Below, one piece after another: positions 9,961 to 21,386 of a DNA stretch of 64,000 nt; positions within the stretch are counted from its first letter, which is position 1, and every line of letters begins with the position of its first letter. A model generated the notes under the pieces. The model searched no databases and was not told where the DNA came from. It saw only the letters and a list, made by a program, of their open reading frames with translations. The DNA is from an uncultured Nitrososphaeraceae archaeon (GTDB taxonomy: Archaea; Thermoproteota; Nitrososphaeria; Nitrososphaerales; Nitrososphaeraceae): assembly GCA_963765895.1 (NCBI GenBank), contig CAVXZB010000019.1, positions 1 to 64,000 of the forward strand, read 5' to 3'. The position numbers were made by a program, and so were the translations under genes.

Positions 9961-11444
9961 TTAAGGTATGCTATGCCATGCTTTGTATGCATCCACTAAC
10001 CCATGTCCTGTGGCCGCGTCATATCCTGGCCCTGCTGACTCTCCAGTACCTGCTATCTCCAGTCACGACATCGCGTGCCGTTCCTTCAAGGATTAATTTG
10101 ATATCATTGGGATGCAGACTCGGTTTTTTCTCAAGTAGTAATGCTACTATTCCTGCGACCATTGGCGTCGCACTTGAAGTACCACTAGCACATAGCCAGC
10201 CATCGTTTCTTGGTGTTTCATCACCATCTGGAAAGTTTCCGCCTGAAAACTCACCATCTACAGTGCTATTTGGCATTGTAGGCATTGTTATATAGACGCC
10301 TTTTGGTGCTAGTCCTACTAATCCGCATATGTCTGGAACATGCCTTCCAGGATATATTGAGCTATCAAAGCTACTAGCATAGCTTGATGCTTGGAGGTTG
10401 AGGTTTTCGTCAAAATAAGCACCACCGACAGAAATTACTTCAGACATACTTCCAGGCCATGCTTTCATGCCATGGTTTCCAGCGGCAAAGAGGACTGTTA
10501 TGCCATTTGCAACTGCATTAGCTATTTCTATTTCTAAAGGTATCAATTCAGGCGGTAGTGTTGAAGAAGTATCTATATCGTATCCCCAACTGTTGGTAAT
10601 TATATTGGGCCTCCACCTAACTGCCAATTTAAAAGCAAGTGTCGGATTCGTACCTTGTTTTACAGATACAAACTTAACTCCTGGTGCTACTCCTAATGCA
10701 TTTGCAGATATTCCAGTGACCATGTCCGTATTCATCAGTATTAGGATCAATTCCTGGCTCTGGTACTGCAATTGTAGATATGTTGTAGCCGCGACTTGTA
10801 TAATATGGGTGAGCAGAATAAAATCCTGTATCTACCAACGCTAACTTGACACCTCTGCCCAATACACCTTCTGTATGAAGCTGATCTGCTTTCATAAGCA
10901 TAGGAACATCTGCAGCTGGGTGTAGACTAAAATATGTAGGATCAGGATGAGGTGGAAATGCAGATGTAAAAAATATTGGCTGTTCAGGAATAACAACACC
11001 TTCCACTAAATCTTTGATGTTATCTGGTGCATTGAGAATACTCTGATCTTCAGGTGCACCATAAAACGAAACTTTCTTTTTGCTTATTGCAGAATTAAAA
11101 AGTTGAACTGTTTTTAACTTTAACTGAGTCTGACAATGTTTCTCTACTAAATCCACTTTACCTCCTATAGAAATAGATGCGGCACCAACTGCCAAAACTT
11201 GGAAGCCATTATCTTTTAATCCTTTAATGGTCGCTCCCACATTATCCATAACAGGGAGATAGTCTCTTACATTTCTAGACAGTACCCACTCATCTCCTTC
11301 GAGTACCTTGAACTCCTTAGACATTGGACGAAGGGCGACTTCTGCAGAAACATAGTCTTCAGGCCTACCTGATAGTGTTGTAGTTGTTTTAGCCTTAGAT
11401 CCAGCACGATTTTTTTTTGCGCTTTCTTTTAGCCTTTTTCTCAT
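9961..11444 (-). pseudogene. S8 family serine protease (two frameshifts)
   Basis: Catalytic motifs LVDTG, DEYGHG, FAAGN, SGTSSATP; true C-terminus GYDAATGHGLVDAYKAWHSIP* ends at 9961. Confidence 0.85.
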
Positions 11445-11646
11445 GCAGAGAATTGTTCGTTGCTGTTTATTTTATCTGTCTAAATTACATCTTTTATTTA
11501 TAAAACTTGATTAATCCAATAATAACGATTTATTAGATAACTTAATATCATCTCAACTTACGAAAAAAATCCTCAATCTTTTAGGGTTTTGTGTGATAAG
11601 TTCTACAATGTATTTCCGAAAAATAGAAGGATCATTCCAGCAAAGC

Positions 11647-11692
11647 TCAAATCCCTCGGGCCCGAATTAATCTTGTCCGCCTATTGGGGCCC
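11647..11692 (+). mobile_element. att-like site 2 (tRNA-like core TCAAATCCCTCGGGCCCG plus class C right arm)
   Basis: T-loop/acceptor-like sequence directly upstream of an integrase stub. Confidence 0.65.
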
Positions 11693-11708
11693 ACGTCTAT
11701 ATTTTTGA

Positions 11709-11930
11709 TTGTCTGAGACCATCATTGAGCAAGACCGAATGTCCTCATTTGTTTACGCTCTAAAAGCACCAATACAAAGAGGCTGTACCCTAAACGATTT
11801 GCATCCTTCCTAAGTTTTTTAGGTTATGAGGGCACTTTAGAAGGTCAAGCTAAACTGTTCCCAACAAACGCTAGAGAAAACGCTCAATAGGCAGAGGCTG
11901 AACTGATGAAATTCATATTATTCCAGAGGA
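11709..11930 (+). pseudogene. Tyrosine integrase N-terminal stub
   Basis: MSETIIEQDRMSSFVYALKAP/TKRLYPKRFASFLSFLGYEGTLEGQAKLF..ELMKFILFQ with a frameshift and a stop. Confidence 0.7.
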
Positions 11931-12181
11931 AATCAAATTACTCTAAGTTGATACGTTATTATTATTCGCATTGAACATCGAGTGTCCAGAAGTAATGTCG
12001 TTGGAACGTTATTGATATTTTCATCGTCCATGCTATTATTGAGTTTTAGGTAATAGCATATCCTATCCCACATCATTTGTTTTTAGAGTAAAAAATGACA
12101 CGATATAACATCTTTAACAACCTGCTTCATATGATTTAGAGCCATATTACACCATGGTGTATCCGTGTCATTATTATACCC

Positions 12182-12559
12182 GTGGGTGGCAAAATTGAGT
12201 CAAATTTGGTTCCCATTCCACCGAACCCGGACCAACGACATAGAGTAAGCTTTGAAGTTACCGGAAAGCAGTATAGTGATCTAATAAAATGGGAGAGGTC
12301 AATTGAAGATCGTTTATTTCGATATCAGGTAGAGACAGGAAAGATGTGGCCTGGAAGCGATGATGTAGTATGTGAATCAATCTTAGAAACATTCAGAGTA
12401 ATTGCCAAAGAAGGTGGAGACAATATTAGACCATATTACGGTGCAATTGGAGGAGCCTATATCTACAAATTCTGTCCTACTTCATTGGGTTTAATAACTA
12501 AAGTAGAAAATTCAGTTACACATGAAGAAATTGATCTAACTCAGTATGGAACATGGTAG
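12182..12559 (+). CDS. Hypothetical protein (phage-like GAIGGAYxYxFxPTSLG motif); 5' end read through the att-like site
   Basis: 125 aa ORF with a globular C-terminal motif. Confidence 0.5.
   Translation: MGGKIESNLVPIPPNPDQRHRVSFEVTGKQYSDLIKWERSIEDRLFRYQVETGKMWPGSDDVVCESILETFRVIAKEGGDNIRPYYGAIGGAYIYKFCPTSLGLITKVENSVTHEEIDLTQYGTW
12184..12236 (+). mobile_element. att-like site 3 (class A left arm plus core)
   Basis: GGGTGGCAAAATTGAGTCAAATTTGG..CCACCGAACCCGGACCAAC resembles 20693-20746. Confidence 0.6.
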
Positions 12560-12754
12560 TAATAGTAATATTTATAGCAATACCGTCGAAGCCACAGGAA
12601 TAACAGTAGTCACCAACTAATAAGACATTTGAACTCGACAGATGAATGGAAAAAATACAAAACACTAACCATGATCAAGACTTAACTTAACTACAGTACC
12701 TTATACAAGTGCTACGATGTTCGATACAATATAAAAAAGGAGTATTATTATGTT

Positions 12755-13155
12755 ATGTTCAAGATAATTGAAAATCAGCTTGCCACGGAAGGGATTCATG
12801 AATTTAGTTATCATGAATTAAAAGATGTTGATTATGAGACTGGAGGAATTACTGATATAGTATGGCCTGTAGCTGATGTGCGAGATCTATATGATGATGA
12901 TTCTAACGCTGTAGAAGACTATGAAAAAAAATTGATTTAGCATGGGAATTAATACAGAAAAATGGTAGAGTCGTTATATGTTGTGTAGCTGGAATATCTC
13001 GCAGCAATGCCATTGCACTTGGTCTCCTAGTCAAGTATTTTGACATGGATTTTTATGATGCATGGGAATTGGTTAAACAACGAGTACCCAGAGCATATAT
13101 AAATCCAAGTCATATTTCAAAACTAAAGAAATTGTTTGATGTCACTCTACCATAG
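12755..13155 (+). pseudogene. Dual-specificity (CX5R) protein phosphatase, frameshift in an A8 run
   Basis: Adding one A gives ..EKKIDLAWELIQKNGRVVICCVAGISRSNAIALGLL..VKQRVPRAYINP. Confidence 0.8.
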
Positions 13156-13490
13156 AAAGGAAATATGACAGACTCTCCTACTTCTGCACCTTCTAATACA
13201 AGATCCTACAATTTTGTCGAAGACTTTTATTGTGATGATCTAAGCATACCAATGATAAAGATCTTGTAATATCCAAATTACTGAGGCAGGATATACAAAA
13301 GTACAGGAGCCTGTTTCCTCAAATATCAGCGAGCTATCCAATCCAAAAGATATCAAGCGCGCCCTTTTTATTAAGCGTGTATATTGTGAAAAATATAAAA
13401 CTAAAAGATGCCTAGAATTCCAAACTCATTGGCTTTTGATACACTTTAAATTGTTACTTAAGGATCCAAGAACAGTTAAATATACTATAA

Positions 13491-15128
13491 TTGTCTAGTT
13501 TTGGAATGTCTGAACGTCAGCCGAAAACGATCTTGAGAGTAACGGCGGCAATAATTACGATATTAATCTTATCTATAAACAATATCGGATCATTATCTAA
13601 TATCGTAGCTGCACAGAATAATGATGATAACAATAACCTAGTTATTACAGATGGTATCGCTAGCGGTGATGTTACAGATAATAGCGCTGTCGTGTGGTCA
13701 CGCGCAAAAGATCGAGCTTTGATGCATGTCCAGTATGATACCGACCAATCCTTTTCGCATGCAAAGTCAAAGACTTTATTGGTAGATAAATTAACAGACT
13801 TTGCTGGCCATATAAAACTTGATTCACTTTCCCCAGATACCATTTATTATTATCGTGTATGGTTCTCTTCTGCTTCGGACAGCAATAACAATACCACTAA
13901 ATCATTGTCGACAAGACCGGATTCTGTGATAGGAAGTTTTAGGACAGCTCCTGATCATTTGACTAGCAAACCAATCAGTTTCGTTGTTGGAGGAGACCTT
14001 GGTGGACAGAATTATTGTAGACGGGATGGTACAGGAGGAATACCAGGCTATCCGATATTTTCAATAATGCAATCATTGTCTCCAGACTTCTTTATATTCA
14101 ACGGAGATCAAATTTATGGAGATAATGCGTGCTCTATAAATGGTCCATCAAATGTTACTGGATGGATAAATATAGAAGGAAATTTTCCAAGCGTTATTGA
14201 CAACAAGGTGAATTGGAATAATCAAACTCAGCTTCAAGATGTTTACAACAAACATTGGGAATATAATAGAGCAGATCCTCATTTACAAGGTGTTTTGCGC
14301 AATATATCAATGTATTCTCAGGCAGATGATCATGAAGTAGTAAATGACTATGGTGGTAAATGGTCCTATTGGACTAATGCTACTAAAAATAGAACAGGAT
14401 TTCCTAACGTAGTAAAAGCGGGCATCAATTCATTTTTTAATTTCTCGCCAATAGATAGAAACAAAGCAGAGCCAAACCGTATCTACAGGTCTTTTCATTG
14501 GGGCAAAGACTTTGATTTGTTTTTGTTAGACATGCATTCTTATCGCAGCCGAAATAATCTACCTGATACCGCACAGAACAATAAAACACTGTTAGGGAGA
14601 GATCAACTTCATTGGTTAGAACAAAGTCTTCTTAACTCTACTGCCACCTGGAAGGTTATTTCTGCAGACGTACCGGCTACAATACCAAACTGCTTCAATA
14701 AACAATTAGGTTGCGATAATTGGGCTACTAATGGTACTAGTGCCACTTTCAAAGAAACATTTACAAGAGAACGTTCAGATTTTCTAAGATTCTTAGATGA
14801 TCACAACATAAAAAATTTAGTTGTAGTGGCAACAGATGTACACTTCCCAATAAATATACTAGTTGAAGACGATCCTAATCGTGATGGACATAAGCTAATT
14901 TACCACGAGTTAGTTAGTGGACCATTGAGTGCAATTCCGCTTAAAGCTAATCCACTTGATCCAACCATTAATGCTATATCTAAATATCAAGAAAATCAAT
15001 TATTTAACTTTGGATATATCAAAATACAACAAGAGAAATCTGATAAAAAAGTACATTTAATATCAGAAGTAAGAGATGGAAATGGTCTTCTACGCCCTGG
15101 ATCACATTGGGATATACCGCCACAATGA
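13491..15128 (+). CDS. phoD: Alkaline phosphatase D family, secreted
   Basis: GIASGD, GDQIYGD, DDHEV, LLGRDQLHWL, TDVH motifs; N-terminal hydrophobic signal. Confidence 0.9.
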   Translation: MSSFGMSERQPKTILRVTAAIITILILSINNIGSLSNIVAAQNNDDNNNLVITDGIASGDVTDNSAVVWSRAKDRALMHVQYDTDQSFSHAKSKTLLVDKLTDFAGHIKLDSLSPDTIYYYRVWFSSASDSNNNTTKSLSTRPDSVIGSFRTAPDHLTSKPISFVVGGDLGGQNYCRRDGTGGIPGYPIFSIMQSLSPDFFIFNGDQIYGDNACSINGPSNVTGWINIEGNFPSVIDNKVNWNNQTQLQDVYNKHWEYNRADPHLQGVLRNISMYSQADDHEVVNDYGGKWSYWTNATKNRTGFPNVVKAGINSFFNFSPIDRNKAEPNRIYRSFHWGKDFDLFLLDMHSYRSRNNLPDTAQNNKTLLGRDQLHWLEQSLLNSTATWKVISADVPATIPNCFNKQLGCDNWATNGTSATFKETFTRERSDFLRFLDDHNIKNLVVVATDVHFPINILVEDDPNRDGHKLIYHELVSGPLSAIPLKANPLDPTINAISKYQENQLFNFGYIKIQQEKSDKKVHLISEVRDGNGLLRPGSHWDIPPQ

Positions 15129-15182
15129 GGAAGAAAAGCAACAGCTTCATAGCTTGGATTTTAAATACACTTTAAAGCCTTG

Positions 15183-15243
15183 CCAAACCCCCTTGGGCCC
15201 ATACTGATATCAGTCCTTAAATTGGGTTCTACCTAAAATAGGT
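15183..15243 (+). mobile_element. att-like site 4 (class B core plus right arm)
   Basis: CCAAACCCCCTTGGGCCC-ATACT-GATATCAGTCCTTAAATTGGGTTCTA; homologous to 51608-51660. Confidence 0.7.
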
Positions 15244-15691
15244 ATGTCCAATGAGATGATATCAGTTATACAAAAACAACAAAAAGTGGCAGGAGCGGAG
15301 ACAGAAGCAGAAGGACGAGTTTTCAACCAACGGTTTCAACATAATTATTTTGCTGAGTTAGAAACAACTTCATACTCACTGTTTGTGCTTGCTATGAGAT
15401 CCCCCCCAGACAAAACAGAAATACCCTCAGAGATTTGGATATTTTCTTGACTTTGCTCAGGTTGCAACAGAGATAGAAAAAATAACCTCAGTTGAGACGC
15501 GTTGTAATATGTTAGCTGATTTAGCAAAAAGCGACCACAAATGGCTTGTTAGTTGTATATTCAATTATCTCCAGTTGCTCAAGGCCAGAGTGGAATCTAA
15601 GGAAATTAAGGCTTCTACTCTTAGAAACAACGTCAAACCCATAAAGTTGTTCTTCGAGCAAATATCTAAAGACTATGGACGCTTTATCTAG
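15244..15691 (+). pseudogene. Tyrosine integrase N-terminal stub
   Basis: SYSLFVLAMRSP.. and WLVSCIFNYLQLLKARVESKEIKASTLRNNVKPIKLFFEQ; frameshifted and truncated. Confidence 0.75.
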
Positions 15692-16321
15692 CAATCCTTG
15701 GATCCTATATTATAACATAATACATATTGCCGATAGTGCAAAGAGAGAAAAGATCAATACTCCTATCCCAACGAATTAAATGTCCTGAAATACTTGAGAA
15801 AATGAAAATTCAGGTAGTTTCAATAAGTTTTGAGTGAATTCCCCCATGTTTTGCTAGTATCAAAGGCTTACACAAAAACATTGTTACAATACAGTGTCTA
15901 TTAATCTCCCATTTGTATACCTAAATGTCATTAGTGATATCGTTAGTGGTTTCGTGCTCAAAGGTCTAGCCCTTTACTAGTAACGTTTCGGTAAAGGCGG
16001 TATAGAAGGGACAATTAATAAACAGACTCAGTTTTATTATGTGCGTGGCTTATGGGGCGACGTTATCGTCATATAAAGCGTAATAACCGGGATCGCTATA
16101 GGAATTGATGCTGCTAGAAAAGTACCCACTACTTTTAACTGTGACCTCAAGGACTCGGGGATTGGAACACCTTCAATATCAAATGTGCTTTATTACTCCC
16201 AAAGCCGAAAAAGTAATAGGTTTAAGGCTGACTGATAGCCCTTGGAGATTTAGCAGTGATCTTTGCTCCAATGAACGTGGGATGAAAATGCTTTTAATCT
16301 TATCTAATGTATATCTTTCTA

Positions 16322-16585
16322 ATGAAGGCATATATCGTATTGTTTACGGCAGCGTTTCTGATAGCAGCAACAGCAATATTTGTCAATACTATGACTACTT
16401 ATGCACGGAGCCCAGAGAATATGATAGGAGGAGGAGCCAATATGACAGCGGATGCAAGCAAGCTAGCTCCTAGTGGAAGTACAAAAGGCGTAGTGGCACA
16501 AGGCGAGAAAATTTTCACAGTTGTTTGCCCTAGAGATTTTCAAAGTATTAGGCAATGCGAAGTCTTTACGGCCCAGCCTAGGTAG
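16322..16585 (+). CDS. Small secreted protein
   Basis: MKAYIVLFTAAFLIA..TYA signal peptide; C-terminal Cys pair. Confidence 0.55.
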   Translation: MKAYIVLFTAAFLIAATAIFVNTMTTYARSPENMIGGGANMTADASKLAPSGSTKGVVAQGEKIFTVVCPRDFQSIRQCEVFTAQPR

Positions 16586-17169
16586 TAGCAGTCAAGGCAC
16601 TTAAACCGCAGTAGTTAATGGCTACATAAAACAATCATATTTTTTAATTTCTGGGGGTTGGGGTGAATAATATTTTTAGCACTAAAACTGAGTCTTATTG
16701 TTAATGGTAATTTTCGCATGGATATATTTATCCATAGAATCCGTCATCGTTATCGTTGACTTTTCAAAATATACCGACAATTTTCCTAGAGCATAAAGGA
16801 TATTTATACCAGATCCACCCGCAGAAACACTTCCTAGTCATGATTTCAGCAGCACTACGAATTTGGAAATAATTCCAAAAGAGAGTAATATTGGTTTATT
16901 CTGCTGCATGATACAGAGTTACATGAACCAATGAGCTTGAGCTTGCATATAAGATTCGAAAGACGTATCTCCGAAAAACCGCTAGCGAGCTAAGAGTCTG
17001 TAAACTTCTAAATTTTGGAAGCCGTCTATTAATCCATTTATGAACTGCTAAAACGATCTCTCTTGGTAGTAGTAAAGTGAACTCGTTGGACATGAAACAA
17101 AGGTACGAGTAACTATATAAAGAAAAATCACACAAAAGCCACTTGGCTGGTGATAAACCCGCTTACGAA

Positions 17170-17280
17170 GGGGGCGGGTCAATCATTATGAATAGTTCTA
17201 TTGCCGGAGTGAAAGGATTTCCGGGCACACTACTGTCTACAGCGCCACCAAAGCGCCCATACGTTCATTTGCCCGAGCTC
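17170..17280 (+). pseudogene. Short-chain dehydrogenase internal fragment
   Basis: GSIIMNSSIAGVKGFPG..VYSATKA..RSFAR (YxxxK motif). Confidence 0.6.
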
Positions 17281-17528
17281 GATCTGATGGCACGTCTACG
17301 CTGGCATACTTGATTCGAAAAGCTAAGTTAAAAAGAGGAATACTTACACTATTGTATTGCATCCCACCGAACCCTATAACGTAACCTGGATCTATTTTTT
17401 TAAGGTATTCATATTAATTTAGGCTATAGGAATTTAGAAACTAGAATCGGGTTTTTGGTATGTTAAATTACTCCTCGTAGTAAAAATCTAGTCGTATCTA
17501 ACTATAAATGAAATAACAGCTCAGACAT

Positions 17529-18239
17529 TCATTTTATCGTTAAATGATATGTTACGTCTGTTACGTAGCTATTAGAATTGAGATCTGATGGTGGGGAGCT
17601 CCCGTTAAAGTGAACCATATGGGTCCCTCGAGACATAGGCTTTAGCATAACATACCATCCGTCAGCAGCTGAGATGGCTGGGCCTCCTTCAGCTACAGGA
17701 AAGATCGACTCCTTAGCCGGAGGATAAACAACGCTTATTGATGGAGATTGAACTCTATATGTTTTAATATTCGGGATATTGACTCCATCAACACTTGCAC
17801 TTACAGAAGCACCATTGTTGGAATTGATGGCACACTTGAGTAATTCAGGTCCAGTTTTAAGATTTCTATTTTCTTTAGTACTGCACTCGCCAGTAAAAAT
17901 ATTAAGAAATAATGCCTTCCCAGAAGGTATAGTACAGGTACAATCTAGTTTGCCACCACTTGTACCGAGTAAAAACCACACAGGTCCTTGTTGTCCTACA
18001 GCACAACGTGCTCCAGTGTTATCCGTCAGCGGACTTTTACTGGAAGGTGTTGAAATAAGCCATTGCCATTGCTTGGCTCCCCAATCACTGTATGTCAGAC
18101 CATAGGGTTTAGAGTCCAAGGGAAAAACAGCAGGGATTTGGCTTGTGGCATAAGCAGATAATATACAACTACTTGCTATTACGATTACAGTCATTCCAGT
18201 AAGAACAGCGATAGCAATATAAAATGGGGACTCTAGCAA
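17529..18239 (-). CDS. Secreted hypothetical protein (PYGLTY..W...W.WL / GPVWFL / ADGWYVMLKP family)
   Basis: Signal peptide plus conserved motifs of a family commonly expanded in AOA. Confidence 0.75.
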   Translation of the reverse strand: MLESPFYIAIAVLTGMTVIVIASSCILSAYATSQIPAVFPLDSKPYGLTYSDWGAKQWQWLISTPSSKSPLTDNTGARCAVGQQGPVWFLLGTSGGKLDCTCTIPSGKALFLNIFTGECSTKENRNLKTGPELLKCAINSNNGASVSASVDGVNIPNIKTYRVQSPSISVVYPPAKESIFPVAEGGPAISAADGWYVMLKPMSRGTHMVHFNGSSPPSDLNSNSYVTDVTYHLTIK

Positions 18240-18376
18240 TCAGGAAAATCCAAAAGGAGCAGGGATGATAATTTAAACAATTCGGTCTACTTTGGATACT
18301 GACTCCATAGCCCCACAAATATATATTAGTGATTTCTACAAATGAGGTTAAGTGTGAGGTTTGAGATCTAAAAAAT

Positions 18377-19738
18377 ATGATCTTCGAAGGCTTTCATAGA
18401 CATACGAGCAAGCTCGCCTTCATTCTGATGTGTATAATAATTTTATTGTTGGTCGCAGATATCTCTATCGCCAGGATCTATATACTCATATACGGTAACA
18501 TTTTTTCAGGAAGCAATCTCGGGATTTCTATTGATTGGAACGTACTTGGATTTACTCTAATAACGGCAATATGTCTAACGGGGCAGTTTATTATGTTAAA
18601 GGCTGTCACAATAAGAACTAAAGAGGTGAGTACGAAAGGACTCCTCCGCCTCTATAAAGTACAAAAATTAGTTTCTGGCATACAATACACAATAGTTGCA
18701 CTTTTCATCTCAATGATTCTGTAGATGTTATTTACTTCCAGCTATAATACAGTGTTGCTTGCAGCAACAATCGGAGTTAGTTATACCTTAGGAGCTATTA
18801 TGATGGGTTATCTTGCTTCAAGATTCTATCTTTGGTTCAAGGTAAATAAGAACTCAGTGGTACTAGCATACACACTTGCCTCCGCAATGCTCTTCATAAA
18901 TATTACATTTACATTAGTTTACGTTCTGAATTTGCTCACAGATCAACCCCTAATCATGCGACCGCATGCAGGTCACATGTCGGCAGCAATTTCCGAGGAC
19001 TCGATACTTTATTTGGGATACGTCATATCGGCACTCCTTTCATTTATACTGACTTGGATTGCTACATCTTTGTTAATGCGTCATCATTCTGACAAATTAG
19101 GGAGGATAAAGTACTGGCTTATCGTCTGACTCCCCTTAGGATATTTTTTGAGCCAATTCGCCCCATCATCCCTTAACCTATTTATCGAATTCCGTTCATC
19201 TGACCCCGTTACATTCGCAATTGTCTATAATCTCATTTTCGGCTTGAGTAAGACAATAGGCGGTATACTTTTTGGTATTGCGTTTTGGACGATAGCTAGA
19301 GGTCTTCGCCAAATTCAAGTCCGTGAATATATGGTAATTTCTGCATATGGCTTTGTACTGTTGTTTGTTTCAAACCAAGCCATTTTTCTCGTAAATTACG
19401 ATTATCCACCATTTGGACTTGCGACTGTATCCTTTGTCGGATTTTCATGCTTTTTAGTACTCATTGGCATCTATTCTGCAGCAATTTCAGTAGGGCAGGA
19501 CATTACACTCCGAAATTTGATCAGAAAATCTGCTCTAAAAGAGGCAGGTTTGTTACATAATATCGCATCCGCTCAGATGGAACAGCAGATAACTCAAACT
19601 GTCTTATCTATTGCAAAAAGAAACGAAGTTATTATGAGCGAAGAAACCGGCCTTGCCGCGTCTATTGAAGACGAAGATATTGTGAGATACACGAACGAGG
19701 TCCTAAAGGAAGTCATGAAGGAGAAGGATATAAAATAA
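18377..19738 (+). pseudogene. Multi-pass membrane protein split by two in-frame stops
   Basis: Three ORFs in the same frame; YPPFGLATVSF motif; many TM segments; divergent from the secreted gene. Confidence 0.75.
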
Positions 19739-20692
19739 CTGTCCGGAGGTTAAAAATGATGGACAGGTGGATTGCACAACTAAATAGTTCCCGAAAGGTG
19801 GTCGCGTGATTCGAGTTTATGGATACGATCGTGCAAATGTACCCAATTTTAGTTCTTCTTACCAGTAGGTTAATCCATATTATGTCCTCCTATCATTGAG
19901 TGAAGAATCATTTGAATGTCAAGCAGCTAACTATACCCTAGCAAATGTTCTATCTGTCACGGGATCCATAGCATTCATAGTACTAATTCTATTCTGCTAC
20001 AACAAATGAAACTTAGATATGATAGGATTCATTATATGAAATCCAATATACCACTTATGGATACCCTGACGTTATGATGCGTTGGAACTAAACGATAGCG
20101 CGGTCTAGGTTTTGGGTAACGAAACCTTGAAAAAAATTGCTGTAGAGCTCACTCGGATGATAAGAAACAGCGTTACAATTGATTAGATGCGAAGAGAAAG
20201 TGTGCAGGCCGAAATCCGCTTGAAGGTTAAAAAATACTGGGAAAATATGGCTATCCCCAAGACAGAGAGAAAAGGGCAACAGAGACAGTCTTAGAATAGG
20301 CAGGAATAATCATGAGAGATTGGGCCAAGTAGATCAGCATTAGCTAAGGAGAGTCTTCATTTCTTGCTTGAATATAAATGCCATTTCCAGTTTTTTGGAG
20401 GAGAGAATGAAATGGAATCGCGAGCTGGTGTCTACAGCATTTTTACAGGACGATCAAATTGCACCTTATTATAGTCAAAGACTATTGAAAACAAGATATG
20501 AAGTGCAATTAATGAAATCCATGTTACTGCACCGTCCAAAAGTCATCAAGTTAGCAGAAATCTATCTAATAGTCAATAGTCATAATCCATACTTGCTTTG
20601 ACGTCTTTTGCAGATTTAAACGACTTTCATATATGAAAAGGGTGTTACTATTCTGGAAGGGATTTTGTTTCATATGACATATATTTAACCTT

Positions 20693-20786
20693 GGGTGACA
20701 AAAATGAGTCAAATTTGTCTCGGATTCCACCGGGCCCGTACCAAACTTGTCCCTTTATTACCACCCATTCTGTTATAATAGGTAAT
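20693..20786 (+). mobile_element. att-like site 5, complete class A (left arm, core, right arm)
   Basis: GGGTGACAAAAATGAGTCAAATTTG / CCACCGGGCCCG / CCAAACTTGTCCCTTTATTACCACCC; the arms are imperfect inverted repeats. Confidence 0.7.
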
Positions 20787-20944
20787 GTCTTATCCTAGAT
20801 TCTAAGGTATATCAAACTAGTAACGAAAGCACAGATATAGGTTTAGAGGCCCAATATATTAATTATAATTTTGAATATTTTATAAGTGCGTAGATTCGTT
20901 CGTTGGTAACGTGAAGCAGCTGAATTGCAGAAACTCTAAATAAA

Positions 20945-21298
20945 TTATGGGATAATGTCGCGTATACGCGACAGTAGGGTAACGCATTTGTTATTTATAT
21001 CTTTCAGTTGGTTATCGCTCAAATTCGAGTGCGTCAGATCGAGATTCCGTTTTGCCATTTGAAAGTAGAAGGAATCCATAGTTTCGTAATCATCATAATT
21101 AGTAATGATTCTACGTCTTATCTTGGGACTAAAATTATCCCAACTCAATATAAACGTCTTTCTTGAGAGGGGTTCTTGTATAAGCATATTATAGATACTT
21201 TTGTATTCTTGACCTATAGTAGTAATTAATTCGTCGCGTAGTTTGCCTTCAGTCAGGTTTATTGTTGTAGTATCTAACGCTCTTCTATGTTCCTCCAT
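20945..21298 (-). CDS. Hypothetical protein
   Basis: 117 aa ORF downstream of the KAP NTPase. Confidence 0.45.
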   Translation of the reverse strand: MEEHRRALDTTTINLTEGKLRDELITTIGQEYKSIYNMLIQEPLSRKTFILSWDNFSPKIRRRIITNYDDYETMDSFYFQMAKRNLDLTHSNLSDNQLKDINNKCVTLLSRIRDIIP

Positions 21299-21386
21299 TA
21301 TTTTATACCTTGCAATATTTCATCCGCGCCTGCGTCAAGAAATTCCCCCAAATCACTATTCTTCATAAAGAGCTTCGGATAGGATG

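Noticed and set aside
20300-20601. GIY-YIG nuclease remnant (AGVYSIF)
   Set aside because: Only one half-motif, broken by frameshifts; cannot be supported
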